Source: a virus (lineage: Duplodnaviria > Caudoviricetes). Taken from it: 33,829 nucleotides of DNA. Below, one piece after another: positions 17,586-26,717 of the stretch (its first letter is position 1; each line of letters starts with the position of its first letter). Location of the stretch: positions 1 to 33,829 of the IMG/VR virus record IMGVR_UViG_3300045557_000069; one strand, written 5' to 3'. The translations under genes were made by a program, and so were the position numbers. Under the pieces are notes generated by a model. That model had not been told where the DNA came from. It did not search any database and was given only the letters and a program-made list of their open reading frames with translations.

Positions 17586-18083
17586 ATGAAGGTAGAAAGA
17601 ACATATTCAGAGGAGTGCGACAAAATCAAAGCTGAATTACTCAAAAAGCTGAAGGAGCATCTGAGGTTAACGGTTGATGATTTTGACAGTGAGTTGTCGG
17701 GGTTACTCGATGCAGCTATAGAGACTGCAGAAAAGGAAACCGGGTGTGTTTTTCTGCCTTCACAATTCAAAATTACTTCGAAAACAAGTATTGAAGAATG
17801 TGGATATTATCCGGCTGATGAGGCAACCTCATTAAAAATTGATGGAGTGGAGACTGATTTGGAGCGTGTGCATATATCAGGGGGAAAGGTATGTGTACAT
17901 ACAGATGAGGGGAAGAGTATTGAGGTTGTCTTTGATGCCGGTTATCTTGTAATGCCATCCCCGGTATTCATTGCTGTGTTCCTCATGGCCGGATCATGGT
18001 GGCAAAATCCTACTGACTCGGTGGAAACACTTCCGAAGGCATCAACAAACCTTTTGAAAAATTACAGGCGATGGCTGAGGTAG
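17586..18083 (+). CDS. head-tail connector (gp6/gp15-like)
   Basis: LKEHLRL..DD.D..L..LLDAA...AEKETG...AGY...P.....A......WWQN...LL.NYR. Confidence 0.88.
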   Translation: MKVERTYSEECDKIKAELLKKLKEHLRLTVDDFDSELSGLLDAAIETAEKETGCVFLPSQFKITSKTSIEECGYYPADEATSLKIDGVETDLERVHISGGKVCVHTDEGKSIEVVFDAGYLVMPSPVFIAVFLMAGSWWQNPTDSVETLPKASTNLLKNYRRWLR

Positions 18084-18418
18084 GGAAAATAAATATAGGG
18101 GATTTCACACAGTTGATAATTCTGAAAGAGCCGGTGAAAACTAAGGGAGACAAGGCTCAGGTTGTTACAAATTACGTTGAAAAGTGTCGGCTATATGCAG
18201 ATATAAGCCTGAACCCGGCAAGCGAAGCAACTGTAAATGATAATGTTATAAGTGTGAAAAAAATATCAATCACAACATATTCAGTGTTGCAGAACTATAT
18301 AAACAGCAAATGGGTGGTGGAGTGGTTGAATGAGATATATGATATACAGGTAGTTGCCCCTGTTAAAGGCACAATATATATGACAATTGACGCGATTAAA
18401 ATGCTGAATAATGGCTAA
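18071..18418 (+). CDS. head closure / head-tail adaptor protein
   Basis: IG.F...I.L, W.NEIYDI..V; position after the connector. Confidence 0.75.
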   Translation: MAEVGKINIGDFTQLIILKEPVKTKGDKAQVVTNYVEKCRLYADISLNPASEATVNDNVISVKKISITTYSVLQNYINSKWVVEWLNEIYDIQVVAPVKGTIYMTIDAIKMLNNG

Positions 18419-18881
18419 CGAGGTGAAAATAGAAGGCTATGAGAATGCTGTCAAGATTCTTTCACAATACCCGGATCAGTTTCAGAAAATTGTAAAAAAA
18501 TCTATGAGGACAGCGGTTCAACCGACTCTTAAAACCATTAAGGCCGGAACTCCTCATAGTACTTTCAAAAGAATCGTGAAGATGGCATTTATTAAAGCGG
18601 AAATTCCAACATTGCTTTTTGGTTCAATGGGGAAAAAAGGAGACAGAGGCAATAAAAGGAGCGACTTTATGAAAGCTTACTGGAGTGAGTTCGGAACAAT
18701 TCAGAATCGGGACAAAACACACAAATTTCACCGTCCTATGACAAGCACTCGGAAAGGCGGAATTATCCCCCGGCTCTATTTTGCAAAGGCAATTGAGGGA
18801 CAGGAAAAAATAATATACACAAATTTTGTCAAAGCTATTGAGGCTGAGGCAACAAAATTATATAACGATGGCAAATCTTAA
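18411..18881 (+). CDS. HK97 gp10-like tail completion protein
   Basis: VKIEG, YWSEFGT, I.PRLYF.KA. Confidence 0.75.
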   Translation: MANEVKIEGYENAVKILSQYPDQFQKIVKKSMRTAVQPTLKTIKAGTPHSTFKRIVKMAFIKAEIPTLLFGSMGKKGDRGNKRSDFMKAYWSEFGTIQNRDKTHKFHRPMTSTRKGGIIPRLYFAKAIEGQEKIIYTNFVKAIEAEATKLYNDGKS

Positions 18882-19215
18882 TGTTTTAGAAAGGATTACG
18901 ACAGCATTGAGCGGAATTTGCGACCTCTATTACGGGGTAGCTGATACTGAATCTTACCCTTTCGTTATATATTCTGTTGAATCAGAGCCTTCATACACAA
19001 AATCAGGCATATATAAGTATGTATGCAGCGTAAAATTTGCCATTTGCGGAAAAACTTTCGATGAGGCAGATGCGATCTCCGGGCAACTCGATACAGCTGT
19101 AAAGGCATTGAAGGCTCCTGATTTAAGAGTTATCGAGGGGAGCTGTTTGCCCGGTCCGGACGATAATAATATGTGGGTAGTATTAAGAGAATACACAATT
19201 ACGCAACAAGTTTAA
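18868..19215 (+). CDS. tail terminator (DUF3168-like)
   Basis: YPFVIY, size and position before the tail tube gene; ATG 18868 preferred. Confidence 0.7.
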   Translation: MANLNVLERITTALSGICDLYYGVADTESYPFVIYSVESEPSYTKSGIYKYVCSVKFAICGKTFDEADAISGQLDTAVKALKAPDLRVIEGSCLPGPDDNNMWVVLREYTITQQV

Positions 19216-19227
19216 AATTAATATATT

Positions 19228-19641
19228 ATGGGAACAAGAGTTGACGGCTACAATGTAGCGTTCAAGGTGAACGAAAAGGATTTCATCGGAGTGACAAATC
19301 ACGATTTTGATTTGGGGATTAAAACAAAATCTTCGATCACAAAGGCCGATCAGGGTGTCGAAAAAGAGAAGGTAACAGGCAATAAACCTAAATTTTCGGT
19401 TAAGGGAATTGCTGAGGTTAAATCTACAGGCGAAACAACCGTACTGGATCGGGACGAAATAATCGCCCTTGCGATGGCGGGAACAAAATTCCCGTATGTG
19501 TATTCCGCTTCCGGGGCAAAGAGTTATTCCGGTACAGGGATGATAACCGGTTATACAGAGGGTTCAGGGTCGGATGATGAGCTTAGTTATTCAATCGAGG
19601 TGTCAGGGCAATCAGCTTTGGCGCTCGTAACAGGGGAATAA
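19228..19641 (+). CDS. major tail (tube) protein
   Basis: ITKAD, YSGTGMITGY.E....DDELSYSIEVSG..AL (TP901-1 type). Confidence 0.85.
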   Translation: MGTRVDGYNVAFKVNEKDFIGVTNHDFDLGIKTKSSITKADQGVEKEKVTGNKPKFSVKGIAEVKSTGETTVLDRDEIIALAMAGTKFPYVYSASGAKSYSGTGMITGYTEGSGSDDELSYSIEVSGQSALALVTGE

Positions 19642-19643
19642 TT

Positions 19644-19982
19644 ATGAAGGAGTATATCGAGTTGGCCGGGAAGAAATACCGGATCGAGTTCAACTGGAAC
19701 ACAATAACCGATTACTGTGAGATTAAGAATATTACAGATTTGTCGGCGCTTGACTCCCTTGCAAGCCTCTCGCCGGGAGAGCTGAGGCAATTCCTTCATT
19801 GTGCGATCAAAGAGGGCGAGCGGATGGATGGCCGGGAGCTTGAAATAACTGCCGTTGAGTTCGGTGGAATGTTGAAATTCGATGATATTCAAAAGTTAAT
19901 GCAGGTATTTCAGAAACAAAGCTCCTTTCCCGGGGTAAGTACTTCTGCCGGCACAAAAAAAAAGAAGAGACTATTCTTTTGA
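19644..19982 (+). CDS. tail assembly chaperone (gpG-like)
   Basis: IELAGKKYRIEFNWN; between tube and tape-measure genes; slippery site near the 3' end. Confidence 0.8.
   Translation: MKEYIELAGKKYRIEFNWNTITDYCEIKNITDLSALDSLASLSPGELRQFLHCAIKEGERMDGRELEITAVEFGGMLKFDDIQKLMQVFQKQSSFPGVSTSAGTKKKKRLFF
19955..19964 (+). other. -1 programmed ribosomal frameshift site (A9G; A AAA AAG)
   Basis: The -1 frame continues without a stop (KEETILLIDEFRR...) into 19979-20320. Confidence 0.8.
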
Positions 19983-20320
19983 TAGATGAATTTAGGCGCT
20001 TAGGACTTGGGTACCTGGCTTTGAAAGAGGATGAGTGGGGAGAGATGAGGCTGGGTACCTTTTTTTTAAAGGTGTATTATTTTTTTGAGAAGAGGAAGGA
20101 AGATCGAAAATTCTACGGAGAGATATTAAGACTTAGTACACTGCATTTTCTTAATACACAACTTTCAGAATCAACGCGGATCAACGATCCGAAAAAAATA
20201 TACAAATTTAGCTGGGAAGAGGACATTAAGGTTGAAATCAGCGAGGAGACGGCAAAAGAAAATATTGGAAGGATGATTGAAACATTAAACAAGGTGGGGA
20301 ATGGCACAGTTAAATCTTAA
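19979..20320 (+). CDS. tail assembly chaperone C-terminal part (gpT-like, expressed as a frameshift fusion)
   Basis: In the -1 frame relative to 19644; only a TTG start; LALKEDEWGEMRL motif. Confidence 0.75.
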   Translation: MIDEFRRLGLGYLALKEDEWGEMRLGTFFLKVYYFFEKRKEDRKFYGEILRLSTLHFLNTQLSESTRINDPKKIYKFSWEEDIKVEISEETAKENIGRMIETLNKVGNGTVKS

Positions 20321-22085
20321 AGCACTATTCAGTGCGGATACAAAAGATATAAAAAAGGGATCGAAAGAGGCTCAACAGGCGGTTTCTGCATTCAAGGATG
20401 AAGCAGGAAACTCTTTTGACCAGTTTGCAAATCTGTTCGGTACCTCGATGGGGCAACTTTCCGACCATGTAAAAGTGTTTAGGGGGGGGCTCCTTATGCT
20501 TTCGCAGAGCTTCAAAACGACTGCCGCCGGGTCCGGAGTACTTACTGTTGCGCTGAGGGTACTTAAAACCGCTTTGATTTCAACAGGGATCGGGGCCTTG
20601 GTGGTCGCTTTGGGCTCCCTTGTGGCATATTTCACAAAAACACAGGACGGAGGAGATAAGTTGGCAAAAATAATGTTGCAACTCAAGGCAGTGTTTGGGG
20701 TGATAACAGATATTGCCGCCGCGGTCGGTCGGGCTATATCAGATGCATTCAGCAACCCAAAACAGGCAGTTATTGACCTGTGGAATGCAATCAAAACCAA
20801 TATCGTAAATCGTTTTACCGGACTTTTTCAAATGTTCGGTTCATTGGCTAAACTTATTTCAGCTGCATTAAAGGGCAATTGGGATGAGGTTAAGCAGGCC
20901 GCGAAAGAGGCGGGACAAAATGGGGTACAGATAATAACCGGGCTGGATGAAAAACAACAACAATCAGTCAGAAATTATATTGCCGGAAAATCCGCTGAGG
21001 TATCTGCTGCCGCTGCTGCAGCGCGGAGATTGGCAGACTTACAGGATGAAATTGACGATAAAAAAAGAGCTTGGATAAAAACAGAAGCTGACTTAGATAC
21101 AAAATTGGCGGACCTTAGAGAAAAAGCGGCAGATAAGGAAAAATATAACGTAGATCAGAGGCTGAAGTATTCGCGTGAAGCAGAAAAGGTGCTTCAGCAA
21201 TTATGGAATGGCAGGATATACCTTGCCGCTCAGGAATATAATGCGGAAAAACAGATATATAATTTGAAAAAAGAGCATACAGACGAAGAGGAGGAGCAAC
21301 TTAATCAGTTGTATGCAACATGGCGTAGCCTTGAATCGCAAAAATCACAGGAACTTAAGGGATTTCACAAAGAACAACTTAAGATAATATCACAACATCA
21401 GGAAGAAATTAAAGAGAAGCTTGAAAATGCCGCGCCGGATAAGGATAAGTTAAAGGAGTATTTTTCGAAAATAGCTGAATTTCAGAACTCTCTGGAAGGA
21501 AAAATAAAGGAAACTATAAGCAGTATAGACGTAGATTGGGATGAGTTACTTAAGTCAGATAAGATGTTGCAAGATTTTCAGGCGATAGGCAAGGGCTTAG
21601 ACTCTATAATGTCTTCAGTTAATTCTTCCTTATCGGATTTTGCTGTAACGATCGGCGAGGGTATAGGAAATATTATTGCCGGGGTCGGCTCGCTCGGAGA
21701 TATGGGGGCAAATATTCTCTCTGTGTTCGGGGAGTTAATGGTAACGGTTGGGAAGATAGCAATTCAGGCAGGGGTTACGATGCTCGGCATTCAGGCGATG
21801 TTTGCAAATCCATTCAGTCCGGCTCAGGCCCTGCTTGTGGTGGGAGCAGGAATCTTGCTCGTTGCATTAGGTACAGCAGTTAAGGCGGGAATTCAAAATG
21901 CCGGATCGGGAAATATGAGTTCGGCAACTTCTTATTCTTCCGGATCAGTTTCGTCATCCTCTTCATCGGCAGAATATTCAAGCAAAGAAATTAAGGTTAG
22001 TGTGAGTGGAGAGCTGCAGAGCAGAGGAAACAAGCTCATTGCGGTAATTTCAAACGAAAGCGGACGTAAAAAACTAACATCGTAA
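20301..22085 (+). CDS. tape measure protein
   Basis: Ala/Gly-rich helical protein with ALISTGIGALVVALGSLVAYFTKT; follows the chaperones. Confidence 0.88.
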   Translation: MAQLNLKALFSADTKDIKKGSKEAQQAVSAFKDEAGNSFDQFANLFGTSMGQLSDHVKVFRGGLLMLSQSFKTTAAGSGVLTVALRVLKTALISTGIGALVVALGSLVAYFTKTQDGGDKLAKIMLQLKAVFGVITDIAAAVGRAISDAFSNPKQAVIDLWNAIKTNIVNRFTGLFQMFGSLAKLISAALKGNWDEVKQAAKEAGQNGVQIITGLDEKQQQSVRNYIAGKSAEVSAAAAAARRLADLQDEIDDKKRAWIKTEADLDTKLADLREKAADKEKYNVDQRLKYSREAEKVLQQLWNGRIYLAAQEYNAEKQIYNLKKEHTDEEEEQLNQLYATWRSLESQKSQELKGFHKEQLKIISQHQEEIKEKLENAAPDKDKLKEYFSKIAEFQNSLEGKIKETISSIDVDWDELLKSDKMLQDFQAIGKGLDSIMSSVNSSLSDFAVTIGEGIGNIIAGVGSLGDMGANILSVFGELMVTVGKIAIQAGVTMLGIQAMFANPFSPAQALLVVGAGILLVALGTAVKAGIQNAGSGNMSSATSYSSGSVSSSSSSAEYSSKEIKVSVSGELQSRGNKLIAVISNESGRKKLTS

Positions 22086-24484
22086 TGGCAAAGGTACTTA
22101 GATATAATTTTCTGTTCGATTCGGATAAGCATTCATACAAAATAGAGTGCTGGCAGGAAGGTTATTCCGGGACAACTACAGCCAAAAGGCTGGGTGCGGC
22201 TCCGGTCATGGTTCGTGACAAGGCTGAGGCCGGAATTATGGGTACTTCGCTGGAACTTTCGATAGAAGCTGAGGTAAATGATGAACTGATTGACTTCTAT
22301 ACCGTCGATTCGAAAAAATTCCTGTTCAGGGAATATGTTGATAATATACTGCAATGGCAAGGTTATGCTCTGCCAGAAAAGTACTCTGAAGCCTACATAG
22401 ATGCCCCCTATGACGTGGATGTAACGGCCTCGGACGGCCTCGGAATCCTAAAGGGTGTTCCTTTTTCATATTCTGGCCGTTACACTATTTTGCAGATTGT
22501 AAAATATATCCTTGATAATACTGAGTTGAATCTTGAGTTTGAGGTGTTATGTAATATCTACGTTGTAGGTCAAGCTTCCGGGGATTGCGTTCTGAATTAT
22601 GTCACTGTAAATGCGGATATGTGGCAAGATCAAAGCTGCTATGATGTTCTATCTGCTATTATGACTTCGTTCAATGCGTTCATAACTCAAAAAGATAACA
22701 GATGGTTGATTGCTCGTTATTCAGATATATTTACTGAATCATATATCTACAATAACACACTGAATCTAATCAACAGGCGATATTTGCCTATAGTGGAGCT
22801 GGGCTCTGAAAAGGATGCTATCCCGGTTGGGAGTCTGAACCTTGACATATTGCCGGCGAAAAAATCCTGCCTGTTTACTTTCCCGTATGTTAAAAAAGAT
22901 AGCTGGTTACTTAATTATAATTTTGAGACAGATTTAAGCTCGTGGACATATTCCAGTTTTGTCGCCAGAATAATTTATACTGAGTTACCCTATGCAAAGC
23001 TTCCTGCCATAAATTCGAAAGATTCATATATACAACAAACGTTATCTGTAGAGGAGAGTTCGGATGATTTTGAACTTACATTTAATTATCTAATTGGGCA
23101 AGTATTTGACAACGGATTAAAAACCGGCAGATTAAAAATTTTAGTATCTCTTATTGCAGGTGCAACAACATATAATTTAAGTACCACGGGTTGGGTTACA
23201 GGCAGTTATAGTAATTATTACATTATTGAAGAACAAGCTACTTTAATTTCATGGAACAAACTTAAAATATCTGACAGAAATTATAGTTTGATTTTTAGTG
23301 GATTACCTGCTTCCGGGACATTAATTATCAAATTTATTTACGATACAGATGTCTTAACCACTTTTGTAAGAATAAGATCAGTAGGATTAAATACATATAT
23401 ATCAAAAGGGTTGCAAATTAATGCAACTATGGCGGAAAAGGCATCCGAGGAGGCTGATGATATAACGGTTGATTTTCAAGATACCCCATTTGCTACAAAT
23501 AGATATAAAACACTAAAAAATCATTTTGAAAGTTCATCAGGTAGCATTATCTGGATTGAGAATTCGACAGGAAAAACTGATTCCTTCATTAATTCAATCA
23601 CAAGGGATTATATATCGCACCTGGCTTTTCCGCGCAGGACCCTGAAAGGCAAATTATATTCAGAGTTTCTTTCTGAACTTCTGCTCTACGACACACATGC
23701 GGATCGTTATTATATTCTTGCGGAAGGGACACACGATCAATTGGAAGAGGAGTTAGACTGTGAGCTGATTGAATTTCTGCCGTATGATGACACGCTTGAA
23801 ATAGAGGATGCAACAGATTGGACAGAAGGAGAGGAGAGCGGATCAGGTGGGTCAAGCTCCGGGAGCGGAAGCTCATCCGGCGGGTCCGTGGATGTTTCCA
23901 GCTTGGGCAGTTTAATTGCCGGGGCTGAGGCAAAAGCTACCCCTGCAGATACTGACAGTTTCGGTTATTCGGATTCTGCCGATTCAGGAAAATTAAAAAA
24001 ATTCTCTTGGGCGCAACTCAAAACAGCAATTGCCAACGCCCTGAATTCTGTTTTTGCATCTATTTCCCATTCTCATGCTTTTTCGAGCCTTACCGGAAAA
24101 CCGACAACCATTTCCGGGTATGGTATTACCGATGCCTATACAAAAACAGAAGTGGACAATAAGGTTGCGGCTGTATATAAGTATAAGGGTTCAGTTGCAT
24201 CTTATGCAAACCTGCCTTCAACGGGGCTAACAGCCGGTGATGTATATAATTGTACTGACACGGGGATGAATTATGGATGGACCGGGTCGGCATGGGATGC
24301 GTTAGGGGCTACTTACAGCGCGGCAACACAAAGCACAGCAGGCCTTATGTCTTCAGTCGATAAGACAAAATTGGATGCTTCCACTTCTCTGAATGTAGCT
24401 GATACAATAGTTAAGAGGGATTCAAGCGGTAAGATCGCCGTAACATACTTAGAAGTTAATGGCTGGACAATGACAATTGATTGA
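22085..24484 (+). CDS. tail tip/hub protein with C-terminal fibre module
   Basis: VTASDGLGILK motif; Ser/Gly linker followed by HSH and KPTTISGYGITDAYTK fibre repeats. Confidence 0.7.
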   Translation: MAKVLRYNFLFDSDKHSYKIECWQEGYSGTTTAKRLGAAPVMVRDKAEAGIMGTSLELSIEAEVNDELIDFYTVDSKKFLFREYVDNILQWQGYALPEKYSEAYIDAPYDVDVTASDGLGILKGVPFSYSGRYTILQIVKYILDNTELNLEFEVLCNIYVVGQASGDCVLNYVTVNADMWQDQSCYDVLSAIMTSFNAFITQKDNRWLIARYSDIFTESYIYNNTLNLINRRYLPIVELGSEKDAIPVGSLNLDILPAKKSCLFTFPYVKKDSWLLNYNFETDLSSWTYSSFVARIIYTELPYAKLPAINSKDSYIQQTLSVEESSDDFELTFNYLIGQVFDNGLKTGRLKILVSLIAGATTYNLSTTGWVTGSYSNYYIIEEQATLISWNKLKISDRNYSLIFSGLPASGTLIIKFIYDTDVLTTFVRIRSVGLNTYISKGLQINATMAEKASEEADDITVDFQDTPFATNRYKTLKNHFESSSGSIIWIENSTGKTDSFINSITRDYISHLAFPRRTLKGKLYSEFLSELLLYDTHADRYYILAEGTHDQLEEELDCELIEFLPYDDTLEIEDATDWTEGEESGSGGSSSGSGSSSGGSVDVSSLGSLIAGAEAKATPADTDSFGYSDSADSGKLKKFSWAQLKTAIANALNSVFASISHSHAFSSLTGKPTTISGYGITDAYTKTEVDNKVAAVYKYKGSVASYANLPSTGLTAGDVYNCTDTGMNYGWTGSAWDALGATYSAATQSTAGLMSSVDKTKLDASTSLNVADTIVKRDSSGKIAVTYLEVNGWTMTID
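24092..24376 (+). repeat. 285-bp tail module, copy 1
   Basis: Aligns without gaps to 27027-27311. Confidence 0.95.
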
Positions 24485-25610
24485 TATGGCAATACCTGAA
24501 AATATATATAATAGTGCAAAGGTGAAATTTGCAAAGGATTCCGCCCTGAAGCAACATAGTTTAGCGCTTAGGAGCTACTTTTCTATTAACGATATACAGC
24601 TTAAAGAAAAATTTAAACTCGATTACAAAGCGAACTTTGTATTATCCGGAACCACCTGTTTTGTTGGCTGTGTTCTTTCCGGTTCCGTAAATGCCGGGTA
24701 TCATAACCCGGCCCGGTTCGGTGCACGGTTCGAAGACTTAATTTTGTTAACAGATGCGGGAATAAACTCAAAGCCCCCAGCTCCTTTTTTTCAGGTTCAA
24801 AGCGGAGAATCGACGTTCATAAATATTCTTGACAATGCAATTGTTCTCCGGGCGGTTGCTGAGGCGGCAGAGTTTCAGGATTCGGATATATATCTGAATG
24901 TTGCTGATAGTGAGAATCTAAATATATATGAAGAGGAGTTATTTGATACTGTTGAAGCAGGAGATAGTGAAATATATTCCGGGTTAGAAATATTTTTTGA
25001 TGTCCTGTATTTCCGTGTCGGTAAAACCTATGTACTTACACTTAAGTCTGAAAATGAAGAGGGAACGACTTCGGCAACTTTATCATTGTCCCCGGCTCCG
25101 GCAGCGATCATTTTAAAATACGGCTCAACTCTCGATGTTGCTATAAGTAACGTATCCGGATCGACAATATATGTTAATAGAAAAATATCCAATGCGGTTG
25201 TTTCTGATAATTTGATTTTCTACTCAAATGCTGCCGGAACTGCACACGTTGCAGCCGGGTATTATCTCAGTATAATAGCAGAAGAAAATGGCACATACAA
25301 GTATTTTCGAGTAACCGGATCATCCGGGCAGGTAACGGAAATCGGGTTAATAGTATCACGTCATCAGGATATATATTATTACTACAGTACAGTGAGTGCA
25401 GCTGAGGCGATAAGTCATTCACCTTCTCAAATAATTCTCTATTATGAAGTTCTGATCACTCCGCCCGGTTCTGATTTTGAAAATCGCAGGTATTATGTTG
25501 GCCCATTTTCGGATTCCGCTTATGCCACACAGGGATTTTATGTTAAGGAGGATCGGACAACAGTATTATATATAGGTATAAATGGAACGGCGAGTGTTTT
25601 AATTAGTTAA
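24477..25610 (+). CDS. putative tail structural protein
   Basis: Position in the tail operon; two degenerate Tyr/Gly-rich C-terminal repeats (...AAGYY / ...TQGFY). Confidence 0.6.
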   Translation: MIDMAIPENIYNSAKVKFAKDSALKQHSLALRSYFSINDIQLKEKFKLDYKANFVLSGTTCFVGCVLSGSVNAGYHNPARFGARFEDLILLTDAGINSKPPAPFFQVQSGESTFINILDNAIVLRAVAEAAEFQDSDIYLNVADSENLNIYEEELFDTVEAGDSEIYSGLEIFFDVLYFRVGKTYVLTLKSENEEGTTSATLSLSPAPAAIILKYGSTLDVAISNVSGSTIYVNRKISNAVVSDNLIFYSNAAGTAHVAAGYYLSIIAEENGTYKYFRVTGSSGQVTEIGLIVSRHQDIYYYYSTVSAAEAISHSPSQIILYYEVLITPPGSDFENRRYYVGPFSDSAYATQGFYVKEDRTTVLYIGINGTASVLIS

Positions 25611-25613
25611 AAT

Positions 25614-25994
25614 ATGAAAAAGCAAAATAAAAGTGACTTTACTGTTGCGGTAATAATTAAGGATTTTACCGGGCATATTATAGACTATGCGGGAACAGAC
25701 TGGACAATCCTGCTATATGTTAAGGATTCGAATAAGTTGACAGCTAATTGTGCCGACGGGGTGCTGTCTGAAAACTGTGAAATCGTTACCGAAACGGACC
25801 TGACTACAGGGCAGCCTGTAATCGCTCCCAATGGGGACGTTGTGAAAAAAGTCCTAATCTATGTTGACGGTTTTGACTGGGGAGGGAGAGGGGCTGTTAC
25901 GATGGAAACAAACGTGAAATTTCCTAACGAAAAATTTTCTGACGGGATAGAAGAAATTCCGGATAAGCAGGTTATTAATCTTGTAATTGAATAA
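25614..25994 (+). CDS. putative tail/baseplate adaptor protein
   Basis: Beta-rich small ORF in the tail operon. Confidence 0.55.
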   Translation: MKKQNKSDFTVAVIIKDFTGHIIDYAGTDWTILLYVKDSNKLTANCADGVLSENCEIVTETDLTTGQPVIAPNGDVVKKVLIYVDGFDWGGRGAVTMETNVKFPNEKFSDGIEEIPDKQVINLVIE

Positions 25995-25997
25995 GAA

Positions 25998-26219
25998 ATG
26001 ATACAGGTTGAGGCGATTGTCTATTTGAAAAATATAGAGGTTGAGGCGATTGTTCAGCTACGTAAAACAGGAGTGGAGGCTGAAACCCTTGTTCCGGCGC
26101 TGAAGGGGAAATCACAATATCAGTCCTATTTAGAAACAACGACTGATAACCCGCCACTCTCTGAAATGGAGTGGTCGGATTCAAGGTTACAGCCGATAGA
26201 CGGAGGTACATTTAATTAA
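25998..26219 (+). CDS. small fibre-associated protein ending IDGGTFN
   Basis: KGKSQYQSYL...SEMEW motif; internal 33-bp repeat (VEAIV x2). Confidence 0.65.
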   Translation: MIQVEAIVYLKNIEVEAIVQLRKTGVEAETLVPALKGKSQYQSYLETTTDNPPLSEMEWSDSRLQPIDGGTFN

Positions 26220-26244
26220 AACATTTTTTAAAAATTATATTAAA

Positions 26245-26706
26245 ATGGGAACACAAAGAATTCAGTTAAAGAGGGGTTTGAAGGCAAATTTGCCTACAAG
26301 TGGAATGCTTGCCGGCGAAGTGATGGTGACAACTGATCGTGGCACTTTGCATGTAGCAATAGATGCAACAACAAAACTCCCAATAGTACCGGCAATAGAT
26401 GATCTTGCAACAATGCCGGCGGTTGATGGTGCAGCTGACCTAATTATTATGCACGATGCGAGCGAAGCGGTTGCACAGAAAGAAAAGAAAATCACGTTTA
26501 ACAACTTCAAGGCGGCCCTGAATATACCTGCTGCCTCGACAGATGAAAAGGTTGCGGTTATATCGGGCGGTACTGCCGGTTATGTGTGGGGGACAGACGG
26601 CACAAATGGTATAATGAGGTTGTCAACCGGATTGAAGTGGACAAAAGATTCTGGTAACGCATTCGTGACGTTAGATGTTGATGTTGTGGACGGTGGTACC
26701 TTCTAA
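26245..26706 (+). CDS. fibre adaptor protein (IQLKRG N-terminal domain, ends VDGGTF)
   Basis: IQLKRG...L.AGE....TD.G.L resembles hyaluronidase/Mtd-type N-terminal domains. Confidence 0.7.
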   Translation: MGTQRIQLKRGLKANLPTSGMLAGEVMVTTDRGTLHVAIDATTKLPIVPAIDDLATMPAVDGAADLIIMHDASEAVAQKEKKITFNNFKAALNIPAASTDEKVAVISGGTAGYVWGTDGTNGIMRLSTGLKWTKDSGNAFVTLDVDVVDGGTF

Positions 26707-26717
26707 TTTTTACGTGC

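Noticed and set aside
20482-20489. G8 homopolymer in the tape measure gene as a phase-variation switch
   Set aside because: In frame within an essential gene, with no supporting evidence from a single sequence.
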